This document shows positions 38,790 through 49,440 of a DNA stretch of 64,000 nucleotides, one piece after another. The DNA is taken from the NCBI GenBank assembly GCA_035501555.1, contig DATJWA010000027.1:256156-320155 (forward strand), given 5' to 3'. The translations under genes were made by a program, and so were the position numbers. The first letter of the stretch is position 1; every line of letters starts with the position of its first letter. The notes under the pieces are model-generated. The model was not told where the DNA came from, did no database searches, and worked only from the letters and a program-made list of their open reading frames with translations. Source of the DNA: Thermoplasmata archaeon. GTDB lineage: Archaea > Thermoplasmatota > Thermoplasmata > Lutacidiplasmatales > UBA184.

Positions 38790-38890
38790 AGAAAACGAAT
38801 GCCTAAAGGGATATATGTCCTTTTGTACATGTGTTCGACCGGGGCGGGGTACCGGTATCGCGAACCGCCGAAGACTGGGGTGTCAGGAAG

Positions 38891-39481
38891 ATGCGAAAAG
38901 TGACGGCGAATGTGTACATGACTCTGGACGGCCGCGGCGAGTTTCCGAAGTACCCGGAGAAGAAACGGAAGCTGACGGAGCCCAACGCGCTCTTCCGCTA
39001 CATGTGGTACGACCGGTTCGACGATGTCACGACGGTCGTCATGGGCCGTCGATCCTTCCTAGGTCACCAGCGCACCTGGAGCGAGAAGGCGGTAAAGCCC
39101 GGTGAGGCGACCTGGCTACTCGACTACCGACGGTATCTTGACCGCGTGGAGAAGATTTGCCTCTCCCACCGCCTCAAGTCCACCGACTGGGAGAACTCGA
39201 GGATCCTGAGCGGAGACCTTGCCAAGATCCTGAGCAAACTGAAGCGGGAGAAAGGCGGAAACATCATGCTGGAAGGCGGACCCGCGGTGGTCCGTGAATG
39301 CCTGAGGCGCAATCTCGCCGACGACTACTGGTTCTTCGTCATGCCCGTGGTGTACGGGAGAGGTCCTCGATATTGGGACCCGATGAAGACCCAGACCACG
39401 CTCAACCTCATCGAAACGAAGCCCGGAGAGGACAAGGAGATCATGCTCCACTACGAGGCGGTCAAGGGATTCTCGCCCTAA
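38891..39481 (+). CDS. Dihydrofolate reductase family (RibD_C-like) protein.
   Basis: Internal ATG 38891 (MRKVTANVYMTLDGRGEF…). Divergent from arsR. Confidence 0.8.
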   Translation: MRKVTANVYMTLDGRGEFPKYPEKKRKLTEPNALFRYMWYDRFDDVTTVVMGRRSFLGHQRTWSEKAVKPGEATWLLDYRRYLDRVEKICLSHRLKSTDWENSRILSGDLAKILSKLKREKGGNIMLEGGPAVVRECLRRNLADDYWFFVMPVVYGRGPRYWDPMKTQTTLNLIETKPGEDKEIMLHYEAVKGFSP

Positions 39482-39711
39482 GCGGTCCTCAGCCCTCCGC
39501 AACTGCTCCGGTCCAACCTCTTCACCGCCCCCCCCCCAGTTGCATCGTTCGGGGACGATCCGGTTGACAATCTCGAGGCCTTCCGTCGCAGCGTCGCGGG
39601 ATGTGCCCTGGACGGGCTCCCGCAGGGTGGATTTCGGTCGCGCTGCCAACCCGGCCGCACGGGCAGGAGGCTGGAACGGTAGTTGCGACCCCTCGACCTC
39701 GAGTCACCATA

Positions 39712-39752
39712 GTGTCGGAGGGGGACACTGCTAAACTGCTCACATCCCCGAT
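39712..39752 (+). repeat. tRNA-3'-end-like hairpin repeat.
   Basis: gtgtcggagggggacactgctaaactgctcacatccccgat. Confidence 0.6.
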
Positions 39753-39893
39753 CTGACCGAGACCGGGAACACGCGAGTACAGGGCCGCACGTGATCAAGA
39801 CATCGCGATGGCAAGACGACCCGACGCGGTCGGGATTTCTGGCCGCCAGGTATGCCTGATCAGGTAGCCCGCCCGGCGCCGCCTCGATGAACT

Positions 39894-39929
39894 GGGGCTT
39901 AATCTAACCGAAGACGGTTACGCCCTGTG
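39894..39929 (+). promoter_or_regulatory. Conserved paralog promoter block GGGGCTTAATCTAAC upstream of cyclase B.
   Basis: Identical motif and spacing as in the other paralogs. Confidence 0.6.
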
Positions 39930-42900
39930 GCCGAAACCCGACGACTCGCCGCCATCATGTTCACCGACATGGTGGGGTACTCGGCTCTCGCCCAGCGGGA
40001 TGAATCCCTGGCCCTTCGGCTCTTAGACGAACACCGAGGGCTCCTTCGCACCATCTTTGGTGCCTATGCGGGTCGCGAGGTCAAGACCATCGGAGACGCG
40101 TTCCTCGTGGAGTTTCCAAGCGCCCTCCAGGCGATGGAGTGCGCCGTGGCCATTCAAAGAGAGCTTCGAGAGCGCAACGAACAATCCGGGGGAGGGCACA
40201 TCGAGCTCCGGATCGGTATTCACCTCGGAGACGTCATTGAACGGGCCGGGGACCTTCTCGGCGACGCCGTCAACATAGCCTCGCGCATCGAACCCCTGGC
40301 CGAAACCTCGGGGATCTGCATCAGCGGCCCGGTCTTCGACCAAGTCCGAAACAAGGTGCCCTACTCCTGCACCCAGCTCGAGCACGCGTTCCTGAAGAAC
40401 ATCGATACGCCCATGTCCGTGTACAGCCTGGATCTCCCGTGGGTCGTTCCTCCCGCAGCTCGGCTCACCCCGTGGACTGACCGAGAGTCGGAACTCGGAA
40501 CGATAGAGCGCATCATCGAAGCGGCCGCCCGCGGCCAGGGCAATGTCGTCGCGTTCACCGGCGAATCGGGAATCGGCAAGACCCGCCTCGCGGACGAAGG
40601 GATCCGCAAAGCGGAAGGGAAGGGATTCCGCACCCTACGAGGTCGGGGTCATCAGGACGAGCAACCGATTCCCTACTCACTGTGGGTCCAAGTGGCCCGA
40701 GGCGTGCTCCGGGACATTCCGGCCCCCCTCCTCTACAAGCTCTCCGCCGGTTGCGCGGCATCGCTCGTGAAGCTCGTTCCCGAGGTGGGCGAACGACTTG
40801 GCCAACTCCCTTCGGCGGGGGAGAATATTCCCGATGCTGCGCGACTCCAGTTCTTTGAGGGGATCGCCCAATTCCTGATCAACCTGAGCCGTGAGTCTCC
40901 ACTCCTGGTTCTGCTCGACGATCTGCAGTGGGCTGACCCCGGGTCGCTCCGACTGCTGGATTACTTGGCCGAACCTATCCGGAGCCAGTCGGTACTGCTG
41001 TTCCTCACGTTTCGAGACTCCTTGGAGGATGAAACCCCGCTATTGAAGACGGTCATTCAGGATCTCACCCACTCGCGGGCAGTCGTTCGGATCCCCGTGA
41101 GGCGCATGGAGGGGGGTCCCGCTCGCCAATTAGTGGGGGCCATCCTCGGAACCAAGGATCCTCCACCCGAACTCGTGGGTCTGGTTCGGCAGAAGACCGG
41201 CGGGAACCCACTCTTCGTGGAGGAACTCCTCCGGTCGTTGACGGAAGAGCGCCAACTGGTCCGTCGGGGCGAGAACTGGGACTCCTCGGCGATCGCCGAT
41301 GTAGGAGTCCCCTCCACCATGCGGGATGTTATTCTCAAGAGGGCGGCTCGCGCCGGCGAGCAAGCCAAGGACGTCCTCTCCGTCGCCGCGGTGCTGGGGA
41401 TGGAGTTCGACTTCGAGCTCCTCCAACGGGTGAGCGGTGTGGACCCCGATCGCTTGCTGGCGCAGGTCGAGGGTCTTCTCCGGGCCCGGCTCCTGCGAGA
41501 GCGGGAGATCGCTCCGGGTCGGTCGGTCTACACGTTCGCCGACGATCAGACGAGAGAGGTCCTCTACCGCGAGCTCTCACTGGTCCGACGTCAACGCTAC
41601 CACCTCAAAACGGCCCAAGCACTCGAAGGGCGGTTCGCGCGTGGGGGCGACGCAGTTGCGGGAGAACTCTCCCTGCACTATCATCGGGGCAACGACCTTT
41701 CGAGCGCGCTCAAGTGGACCCTCTTGGCGGGCGAGAACTCAGCCAGTAGCTACGCGCGGGAGCAGGCCGTCATGTACTACCGTACGGCGCTCGAAATCCT
41801 GAAGGAGGCTCCCAACGAGCGTACTCGGGCCGAAGTTCTCGAGAGATTGGGGACCGAGTTGGAGATCCTCGGGCAGTACGAGGAGTCGGTACGTAGAAGG
41901 ACCGAGGCGTCGGAGGTGTACGAACGGCTGGGAGATCGACTGCGCGCCGGGGCGGCCCTCCACCAAGCCGCGTCCCACTCGGGCTGGACGCTCCTCGGTG
42001 AGTTTCCCTTCGCGGAGGCGCCGCTCACCAAGGCCAAGGAGCTGCTGGAGTCCGTTCCTCCCAGTCCGGAACTCGCGAGGTTGTACCTGGACTACGCGGC
42101 GTACTTGGGAGGAGCCGGCCGGACGAAGGAGGCCCGGGCCCTGTGGTCCCGGTCCCTGGAGCTCGCCGATAGCGTGGGAGCCCCGGTCGTGAAGGCCGCC
42201 ATATGCCTCGAACTCGCGAAGACCGCTCCCTCCGGGGCCCGAGACGAGGTCCGACGCAACATTGACCTGGCCCTCGAGATCGGCCTCGAGCACGACCCTC
42301 CGACGGCGCTGGAGGCGTACTTTCACGGGGCTTGGTACGCCGCGACGGGACTGGGCGACATGGACGGCTGTCAAGAGTGGATTCGAAGGGCGGTCGAGTA
42401 CGCCCGGAAGGTGAAGGCCCCGAACTTCGAGGTGGCGATCCAGGGAAGCCTCGGCTCGTTCGCCCGGATATGGGTCTCGGACCTCGACGAGTCGCTCCGC
42501 TTGGCGGTGGAGCATCAAAAGTCCATTCGAGCACTCAACCAGGCACAAACGGCACACAATCTCTATCACCTCATCGCAGTCCCGTTGCTTCGGGGAGAGC
42601 TCGACGGTTTGCCGGACCTGCTCCACCAGGCCGAGGAAATCCTTTCGAAGGAGATGGCGTTGTATCAGGAGATCTGGTTCTCCTTCATTTCCGGGCTGAT
42701 AGGCCTCGTGAGCGGAGATCCCTCCGGCGGCGAGAAGCAATTGCTGCGAGGTATGAAGGCCCTCCGAAAGCGGGGAGAGGTAGAGTTCGACGGCTTCATT
42801 CCGATCTGGCTCCAGACGCTGCTCTTCGATGCCGCCATTTCTCAACAGGCATTGCAGCGAGCCGAAGACTACCTGGCGGGGCTCGCCGGATCGGTCGAGC

Positions 42901-43217
42901 GCGTGGGGGGAGCTCCGGCGCTCGCATACCTCGCTCGCGCACGAGGTCTGCTTGCCCTGCACACCGGCCGCGAGCCAGAAGCCTTCGAACGACTCCTGGA
43001 GAGCACCCAACTCTGGCGGAAGGCCGGTTGGAAGATCGAATTGGCCCGGACCTGCGTGGACCTTGCGGGGGTCGAGATTAAGCGTGGCTCGCTTGACCGT
43101 GCGACTTCTCTCCTCGACGAAGCCATCGGGCAATTCCGTTCCCAGGGCGCCGATAGAGCAGTACACCAGCTCCTAGAGCTTCGCCAGAGCCTCGGAACGA
43201 GCCCGATCTCTTCCTAG
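39927..43217 (+). CDS. Class III cyclase (CHD) – STAND/AAA ATPase – TPR protein (paralog B, Rv0386-like architecture without an obvious LuxR HTH).
   Basis: GTG start. Cyclase motifs. Walker A FTGESGIGKTRL. Long C-terminal TPR/helical repeat region. 1096 aa. Confidence 0.9.
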   Translation: MAETRRLAAIMFTDMVGYSALAQRDESLALRLLDEHRGLLRTIFGAYAGREVKTIGDAFLVEFPSALQAMECAVAIQRELRERNEQSGGGHIELRIGIHLGDVIERAGDLLGDAVNIASRIEPLAETSGICISGPVFDQVRNKVPYSCTQLEHAFLKNIDTPMSVYSLDLPWVVPPAARLTPWTDRESELGTIERIIEAAARGQGNVVAFTGESGIGKTRLADEGIRKAEGKGFRTLRGRGHQDEQPIPYSLWVQVARGVLRDIPAPLLYKLSAGCAASLVKLVPEVGERLGQLPSAGENIPDAARLQFFEGIAQFLINLSRESPLLVLLDDLQWADPGSLRLLDYLAEPIRSQSVLLFLTFRDSLEDETPLLKTVIQDLTHSRAVVRIPVRRMEGGPARQLVGAILGTKDPPPELVGLVRQKTGGNPLFVEELLRSLTEERQLVRRGENWDSSAIADVGVPSTMRDVILKRAARAGEQAKDVLSVAAVLGMEFDFELLQRVSGVDPDRLLAQVEGLLRARLLREREIAPGRSVYTFADDQTREVLYRELSLVRRQRYHLKTAQALEGRFARGGDAVAGELSLHYHRGNDLSSALKWTLLAGENSASSYAREQAVMYYRTALEILKEAPNERTRAEVLERLGTELEILGQYEESVRRRTEASEVYERLGDRLRAGAALHQAASHSGWTLLGEFPFAEAPLTKAKELLESVPPSPELARLYLDYAAYLGGAGRTKEARALWSRSLELADSVGAPVVKAAICLELAKTAPSGARDEVRRNIDLALEIGLEHDPPTALEAYFHGAWYAATGLGDMDGCQEWIRRAVEYARKVKAPNFEVAIQGSLGSFARIWVSDLDESLRLAVEHQKSIRALNQAQTAHNLYHLIAVPLLRGELDGLPDLLHQAEEILSKEMALYQEIWFSFISGLIGLVSGDPSGGEKQLLRGMKALRKRGEVEFDGFIPIWLQTLLFDAAISQQALQRAEDYLAGLAGSVERVGGAPALAYLARARGLLALHTGREPEAFERLLESTQLWRKAGWKIELARTCVDLAGVEIKRGSLDRATSLLDEAIGQFRSQGADRAVHQLLELRQSLGTSPISS

Positions 43218-43344
43218 CCACCGATGCTTAGCGTCGAACTTTGAATGTCGGAGCCCGTGACAGGCGAGAGACCACTCCGCTCCGAACCGAGTAGGTGGGT
43301 TGCTCAGGATTTCCTCAATACCGACCGCGTTGGCTCGGCGGGAC

Positions 43345-43385
43345 GTGTCGGAGGGGGACACTACGGAATTCTTCGTATCATCACC
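43345..43385 (+). repeat. tRNA-3'-end-like hairpin repeat.
   Basis: gtgtcggagggggacactacggaattcttcgtatca. Confidence 0.55.
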
Positions 43386-43907
43386 ATACGGCGGGCGGAC
43401 GGCCGCTCCGTCCCTATGGCTCGAAGCAAGAAGGCGGGCGCTCGGGGCCACCCAATCTCAAATGCCCTCGACTTTAGATCTGCGTGATTGAAAGCAGCGC
43501 GGGTTCGCTTCCCACATTCCGGGTTGAGTGACCTTTCCCGGAAGTGTCTTCCAGAATGGCAAAGTCCCCTGTCGCGAAACGTCGCCCCTCTCCGTCACTG
43601 GCCTTAACCTCGAGAGTTTCTCGGAGCACGGAAAATATCTGGCGGGTTGGCGATGGGTGCGGTTGCCCGTACCAACCCACCGGCACCACGAGAAACAGGT
43701 GGCGCTCGGCCTTCATCGGAGGCGAGACGCAGAGGGGAGGCGCTGGTGGGGCGAAATCCACGGAAGAAGTAGTAACCACGACCTCGGCAAAATGGGACTC
43801 GCTTTGCGCGTCCGAGACCAACCGACCCATCGTGATATCCGGACATTGCGGCATGCTATGCTCCGAGCCGATTGTGCTCGACCCGGCAGCGAAGGCGGGC
43901 CAAGAAG

Positions 43908-43947
43908 GTGTCGGAGGGGGGAACTACGAATGGTTCAAATCCCTCAC
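43908..43947 (+). repeat. tRNA-3'-end-like hairpin repeat.
   Basis: ggtgtcggaggggggaactacgaatggttcaaatccctcac. Confidence 0.6.
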
Positions 43948-44026
43948 AGGGCAAATGCGGCCCAGTGGCCACTTTCGACCCGCGAATGAACCCGGTCTGA
44001 GTACGTGGCCAGAGCCCTCCGTGAAG

Positions 44027-44062
44027 GGGTCTTAATCTAACGAATGCCCTTCTCGCGCCGTG
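44027..44062 (+). promoter_or_regulatory. Conserved paralog promoter block GGGGTCTTAATCTAAC upstream of cyclase C.
   Basis: Same motif and spacing. Confidence 0.6.
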
Positions 44063-47000
44063 GCCTCCCGCCGACGACTTGCTGCCATCATGTTCACTGA
44101 CCTCGTGGATTTCTCCGCCCTCGCCCAGCAAGACGAGGCGCTCGCGCTTCGGACCGTGGACGAAATCTCGAGCCTTCTGCGGCCCCTCTTTGCCGCCCAC
44201 GACGGGCGTGAGGTGAAAGCCCTCGGCGATGGATTCCTGGTGGAGTTCGACAGCGCGCTCGACGCGACCGAGTGCTCGATTGAGATTCAGCGTCGTCTGT
44301 TTCACCGAAATCAATCGGCCGGTGTCCGGCCCGCGGAGATGCGGATCGGCATTCACCTCGGAGACGTCGTTCGGAAGGACGGGGACATCCTCGGGGACGC
44401 GGTCAACATCGCCTCGCGGATCGAACCGCTCGCCGAGGCGTCGGGGATCTGCATCAGCGGGCCGGTCTTCGAACAAGTGAGCAACAAGATTCCCTACCTG
44501 TGTGTGCAACTGGACCACGCATTTCTCAAGAACATCGGCACCCCCATCACGGTCTTCAGCGTGGACCTTCCGTGGCACGCTCCCCCGGCCGCGAGGGTCA
44601 CCCCGTGGACCGACCGAACCGCGGAGCTCGGGAGCCTCCGGGAAGCTCTTCGAGGGGCTGCCCACGGCGAGGGAGCCATCATCGCTCTCGGTGGCGAGTC
44701 CGGCATCGGAAAGACCCGACTGGCGGAGGAGGCCGTACGCAAAGCAGAGAGCACGGGAGTTCGAGTTCTTCGAGGGCGGCGGTTCCAGGAGGAGCTCAAC
44801 GCCCCCTATTCCCACTGGGCCCAGGCCGCGCGGTTCTTCGTGCGCGAGGCGCCGCCATCCATGGTCTTCAAGGTCTGTGACGGGTGCCAGCGAGAGGCGA
44901 TAGGGCTCGTTCCCGAACTGTCGGACCGGCTCGGCCCGCAACCTCCGGCCCCCTCGCTAGGACCGAAGCAAACCCGCCTCCGATTCTTCGAAGGGGTCGC
45001 TCGGTTCTTTCAAAACCTTGCCAAAGAAACGCCCCTCGTGCTCCTGCTGGACGACTTCCAATGGGCCGATCCCGACTCGGTCTCGCTCCTCGAGTACTTC
45101 GGTGCCCAAATCAAGGAACGGCCGATTCTCGTGATCCTAACGTATCGAGATACCGAGCTGGACCCCCGGGGAGCCCTCGGAAAGGCACTGTTCGACCTCC
45201 GACGGCATGGGATCCTTCGAGAAATCTCGTTGAAGCGCTTCGACCCAGACAATAGTCGGGACTTGGTCGGGGCAGTCCTCGGGGGGACGACTCCACCCCG
45301 CGACGTGATCGAGCCTCTTCTCGAAAAGACCGGAGGCAATCCCCTCTTCGTCGAGGAGCTGTGCCGGTCTCTCGTAGAGGACCGATCGTTAGTACGCACG
45401 TTCGACGGCTGGCAGGCAAAACCCGACGCACGCATTGAAGTTCCCCCGACGGTTCGGGAGGTGATTCGGCGGCGGGTTGACTGGATCGGCCCCGAGGCCG
45501 AGAGCGTCCTCGCGATTGCATCTGTCTTTGGGAACGAGTTCGAATTCGAGCGCCTCAAGGAAGTGAGTGAGGTCGATTCCGACCGGCTGCTGCTCCTGGT
45601 CGAGGCGATGCTGCGCGCCCGGTTGCTCCGGGAGAAGGAGACCGCGCCCGGGCGGTCGATCTACCAGTTCGGCGACGAGCAGACTCGGGACGTCCTTTAT
45701 GCCGGGCTTTCTCTCGTCCGGCGCCAACGGTACCACCTCAGGGCCGGCCAGGTGCTGGAGCGGGCCTGGGGGAACCTCGCAAATGAGCGCGCGGAGGAGC
45801 TCGCTTACCATTTCCGGCAAGGAAATGCCCCGGACCGGGCGCTGGAGTACTACGTTCGGGCCGGGGACCGCGCCAACCAGGTGTACGCCCGTGAGGACGC
45901 TGCGTCGGCGTATGAGAAGGCGCTCAACCTCCTGGAGGAAGCCATCGCCCACAAGGAGGACGAGCGGGCGCTCCGGGAACGCGCTCTCAGTGTTTCCGGA
46001 CGATTGGGAGATACCCAATGGAACCTCGGTCGGCATTCCGATTCGATTGCGACGTACTTGCGAGGGACCCGGCTTGCCGCTGGACTGGACTCCATTACGC
46101 AGGCCAAGGCCTGGGTCACCCTAGGATGGGGCTACGATGGGAACCACGACTACGACGCTGCGCTCGCGAGCTGTGACGCGGCCGAGCGGGCACTCGGAGC
46201 TCCCCCACCCGCCCTAGAAGCAGACCCCTGGTCGGCGGAGTGGATCGGGATTCAGCGGCTCCGGATGGACGTGTACTACTGGAGCCCGGACCGGCACAGA
46301 AACGCCGCGCGTTACGCGGAGACGCTCGCTCGCATTCGGCCGATCCTCGAGCACAGCCCCAACCCCCTCGACCGGGTCCGCCTCTACCATGACCTACGGA
46401 GCCTGGACTGGATGCAGAATCGCGGTTGGATTTCCGACGAGGGTCTGGCGTACGACCGTATGGCCCTCGCGGCCGCGAATGAATCCGGAGACCCCGAGTG
46501 GATCAACGGCTCCGTCTTCTGCGTGGGCTTTAGTCACTTCTGGCGCGGTGAAGTGGAACAGGCTCGCGCACATCTCACTACATCCCTCCGAGAATCCGAG
46601 AGGATGGGTCTGACTACCGAACGCTCCCGGGCGATCACCTACCTGATGGCGACGGAGCGACGGTCGGGCGACGTGATGGCCGCCGAACGACTCATCCCCG
46701 GGGTCCTCTCGGCTGCCGAGGCTGCCGAACTTCCGGAGTACGTGGCGATGGCCCTCGCAACGGCCTCCTGGGTGGCATGGCGCGCGGGCGACCTGAATAG
46801 GGCCGCCGCGGAGGGGGAAAGGGCGCTCAAGATCTGGCACGAGATCCCGAACTCCTACCCCTGCGACTGGATGGCGATCTGGCCGCTCATCGGAGTGGCT
46901 ATCCGGCGGGGAGAGATTCCGCGGGCGGTCCACCTCGCACGGGGGTTGCTCCCCCTGTCACAAAATCCCCTTCCCCCCGAGCTCGAAGGGCTGGTCCGCC

Positions 47001-47095
47001 AAGCGATTGCCAGCGAGGAGGTCGGTGACACGAAAGCCGCCGCACGGTCTGTCGAGATGGCGTTGCAAAGAGCGCGCGGACTGAACTATGCATAG
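44060..47095 (+). CDS. Class III cyclase (CHD) – STAND/AAA ATPase – TPR protein (paralog C).
   Basis: GTG start. RRLAAIMFTDLVDFS, Walker A LGGESGIGKTRL. 1011 aa. Confidence 0.9.
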   Translation: MASRRRLAAIMFTDLVDFSALAQQDEALALRTVDEISSLLRPLFAAHDGREVKALGDGFLVEFDSALDATECSIEIQRRLFHRNQSAGVRPAEMRIGIHLGDVVRKDGDILGDAVNIASRIEPLAEASGICISGPVFEQVSNKIPYLCVQLDHAFLKNIGTPITVFSVDLPWHAPPAARVTPWTDRTAELGSLREALRGAAHGEGAIIALGGESGIGKTRLAEEAVRKAESTGVRVLRGRRFQEELNAPYSHWAQAARFFVREAPPSMVFKVCDGCQREAIGLVPELSDRLGPQPPAPSLGPKQTRLRFFEGVARFFQNLAKETPLVLLLDDFQWADPDSVSLLEYFGAQIKERPILVILTYRDTELDPRGALGKALFDLRRHGILREISLKRFDPDNSRDLVGAVLGGTTPPRDVIEPLLEKTGGNPLFVEELCRSLVEDRSLVRTFDGWQAKPDARIEVPPTVREVIRRRVDWIGPEAESVLAIASVFGNEFEFERLKEVSEVDSDRLLLLVEAMLRARLLREKETAPGRSIYQFGDEQTRDVLYAGLSLVRRQRYHLRAGQVLERAWGNLANERAEELAYHFRQGNAPDRALEYYVRAGDRANQVYAREDAASAYEKALNLLEEAIAHKEDERALRERALSVSGRLGDTQWNLGRHSDSIATYLRGTRLAAGLDSITQAKAWVTLGWGYDGNHDYDAALASCDAAERALGAPPPALEADPWSAEWIGIQRLRMDVYYWSPDRHRNAARYAETLARIRPILEHSPNPLDRVRLYHDLRSLDWMQNRGWISDEGLAYDRMALAAANESGDPEWINGSVFCVGFSHFWRGEVEQARAHLTTSLRESERMGLTTERSRAITYLMATERRSGDVMAAERLIPGVLSAAEAAELPEYVAMALATASWVAWRAGDLNRAAAEGERALKIWHEIPNSYPCDWMAIWPLIGVAIRRGEIPRAVHLARGLLPLSQNPLPPELEGLVRQAIASEEVGDTKAAARSVEMALQRARGLNYA

Positions 47096-47238
47096 AGATG
47101 GTTTCCCGGCCTCTTCCCCTACGTTGGGCCGGGCGTCCCGATCCTGATAGTTCGAAGTGGAGAATAGTTCTCAGCAGTAAGGTCCCCGGCCGGCAGGCGG
47201 GGTCCGACGAACGTTCCTCGGTGAGACATCGGCCGAAG

Positions 47239-47279
47239 ATGTCGGAGGGGGGAACTCTGGAATTGTTCAAATCCCCCAC
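47239..47279 (+). repeat. tRNA-3'-end-like hairpin repeat.
   Basis: atgtcggaggggggaactctggaattgttcaaatcccccac. Confidence 0.6.
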
Positions 47280-47414
47280 GTGAGGTCGGGGGTCGGTCGG
47301 AACCCCCCCGTACACAAGTCCATCGCTAGAAACCGGTCCGACCAGCCGGATCCAAGCCGGCCGTCGGGGAACCCGCCTAATTCGAACCCTTCTTCAAAAG
47401 GAGCGGAAGGTATG

Positions 47415-47450
47415 GGAGTTTAATCTAACTGAAGCAGCTCTCGACTCGTG
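47415..47450 (+). promoter_or_regulatory. Conserved paralog promoter block GGGAGTTTAATCTAAC upstream of cyclase D.
   Basis: Same motif and spacing. Confidence 0.6.
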
Positions 47451-49364
47451 GCCTCCACTCGGCGCCTCTCCGCCATCATGTTTACGGACATGGTTGGTTC
47501 GACGGCATCGGCCCAGGCCAACGAGGCCCAGGCCCTCAAGCTCAGGGACGAGCAGGCGGCTCTCCTCCGGCCTCTATTCGCCGTTCATCAGGGGCGCGAA
47601 GTCAAGTCGATGGGCGACGGGTTTCTCACGGAGTTCGACAGTGCGCTCCGGGCCGTTCAGTGCTCCATCGACATCCAGCAACATCTGCACGAGCGAAATT
47701 CGCAACCCGGGGTGGCCCCGATTCGGCTTCGAATCGGGATCCACCTCGGCGATGTCGAGCAGCGCGAGAGCGACATTTTTGGAGACGCGGTGAACATCGC
47801 CTCACGAATCGAATCGATCGCCGAGCCCAGCGGCATTTGTGTCTCAGGAGCCGTCCACGAGCAGGTACGGAACAAGATTGCCGACCGGTTCGAGAAGCTC
47901 CCGCCCACGCTGCTCAAGGGATTGGAACGCTCGATGGACCTGTACCGGGTTCTCCTGCCCTGGACCCGTGGCGAAGCCCCCGTGAGGGGCACCGGACCTC
48001 CACGACTGGCGGTGCTTCCGTTCTCCAACATCAGCCCGGACCTGAAGGACGAGTACTTCGCAGACGGTCTTACGGAGGAACTGATCACCGTCCTCTCGCA
48101 GTTGCGCGAGATTCGAGTCATTGCCCGAACCTCAGTCGCCCAGTACAAATCGACGAACAAGTCGGCGGCCCAGATCGGGGCCGAGTTGGGCGTCGATGCT
48201 ATTTTGGAGGGCAGCGTCAGAAAGTCAGGGGATGATCTCCGTATCACCGTCCAACTCATCGATGGTGCGACGCAGGAGCACACGTGGGCGAACACCTACG
48301 ACCGGAAGCTCGAGAAAGTATTCGCGGTCCAGGCAGAGATTGCGAAGCAGGTGGCGGAAGGGCTCAGAATCAAGCTTCGGCCAACGGAGACGGCGCGGCT
48401 CGAGAGTCAATCCCCGGTGATGCCGGATTCCTACCTCGCGTATCTTAGAGGCCGTTCCCTACTGGTATCACAATGGTCCGACAAGGGCTTCAGAGCGGCA
48501 AAACAACACTTCGAGGTTGCGCTTTCAATAGACGAGACAAACGCGAGGGCCCACTCCGGATTGGCGGATGCACTCAAGCATATCGCGTGGGCTGAGAACG
48601 AACCTCTAACCAACGACCAGGAGTCCGTGGTTAGGGACCACGTCGCTCGGGCCCTGCAACTCGACCCCAACCTTGCGGAGGCTCACTGCTCGCTCGGACT
48701 GATTCTCTGGGACGAGAATGATCACCGGGGCGCCGCGAAGGAGATGGAACTCGCCCTGTCCATCAATCCGAGTTTGTCCTACGCGCACTTCGAGTACGCG
48801 CTCATCCTCCTGTGCTTTGCCCGATCCGAGGACGGCCTCCGAGAGCTCGCGCTGGCCGAGGAACTGGACCCGATCTCGGTGCAGTACGCGGATTGGCACG
48901 CGTTTTTGCTCATCATGCTTCGAAGACTCGACGAGGCGGCGGTCAGACTGGACAGGCTCAAGGAGTTGGATAAAGCCGGCATCGTCTACAGCGGCACACT
49001 CAGCTACTATCTGTGGGCGAGGGGCGATTTCGATGGCGCCCTTCAGGCATGTGACCGACTCGCAGAGCTCAGAGGCGAACCCGCATGGACCGGCCGCGTC
49101 ATGTCACTTTCGAGTATGGGCAAGAAAGAGGAGGCTTGGAAGTTAATCCGGGAAGCGGAAGCATTGCCGAAAAAGCCACTCCTAGAAGAACGGGCGATGT
49201 GGCGGGCGTTTGTCGGTGATGTCGATGGCTGTTTCCAGTACCTGGATGAGTCATTCGAGAGTCACCAGCTCACCACTCAGGTCTGGATGTTCGAACCGGC
49301 GCTCGGACCAATTCGGTCTGACCCCAGGTTCGCTCAACTCCTGAAGAAGCTGAATCTCGCGTAA
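47448..49364 (+). CDS. Class III cyclase (CHD) – TolB-N-like – TPR protein (paralog D, C-terminal subtype 2).
   Basis: GTG start. Cyclase motifs. LAVLPFSNISPDLKDEYFADGLTEE segment. TPR repeats. Confidence 0.9.
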   Translation: MASTRRLSAIMFTDMVGSTASAQANEAQALKLRDEQAALLRPLFAVHQGREVKSMGDGFLTEFDSALRAVQCSIDIQQHLHERNSQPGVAPIRLRIGIHLGDVEQRESDIFGDAVNIASRIESIAEPSGICVSGAVHEQVRNKIADRFEKLPPTLLKGLERSMDLYRVLLPWTRGEAPVRGTGPPRLAVLPFSNISPDLKDEYFADGLTEELITVLSQLREIRVIARTSVAQYKSTNKSAAQIGAELGVDAILEGSVRKSGDDLRITVQLIDGATQEHTWANTYDRKLEKVFAVQAEIAKQVAEGLRIKLRPTETARLESQSPVMPDSYLAYLRGRSLLVSQWSDKGFRAAKQHFEVALSIDETNARAHSGLADALKHIAWAENEPLTNDQESVVRDHVARALQLDPNLAEAHCSLGLILWDENDHRGAAKEMELALSINPSLSYAHFEYALILLCFARSEDGLRELALAEELDPISVQYADWHAFLLIMLRRLDEAAVRLDRLKELDKAGIVYSGTLSYYLWARGDFDGALQACDRLAELRGEPAWTGRVMSLSSMGKKEEAWKLIREAEALPKKPLLEERAMWRAFVGDVDGCFQYLDESFESHQLTTQVWMFEPALGPIRSDPRFAQLLKKLNLA

Positions 49365-49403
49365 CACGACCCGATTGTGCCCCCGTTCGGCAAGCGACCC
49401 TTT

Positions 49404-49440
49404 TTCGGAAGGGGGGTTGACGGGTTCAAATCCCCGCCAG
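49404..49440 (+). repeat. Divergent T-arm-like element (GGGTTCAAATCCCCGCC) after a T-run. It lies between convergent genes D and H.
   Basis: ctttttcggaaggggggttgacgggttcaaatccccgccagagagg. It carries a GTTCAAATCC T-loop signature on the plus strand. Confidence 0.4.

Noticed and set aside
39116-39649. 177-aa minus ORF overlapping the DHFR-family gene end and the spacer before paralog B.
   Set aside because: Antisense to a well-supported gene, low complexity, and no promoter context.
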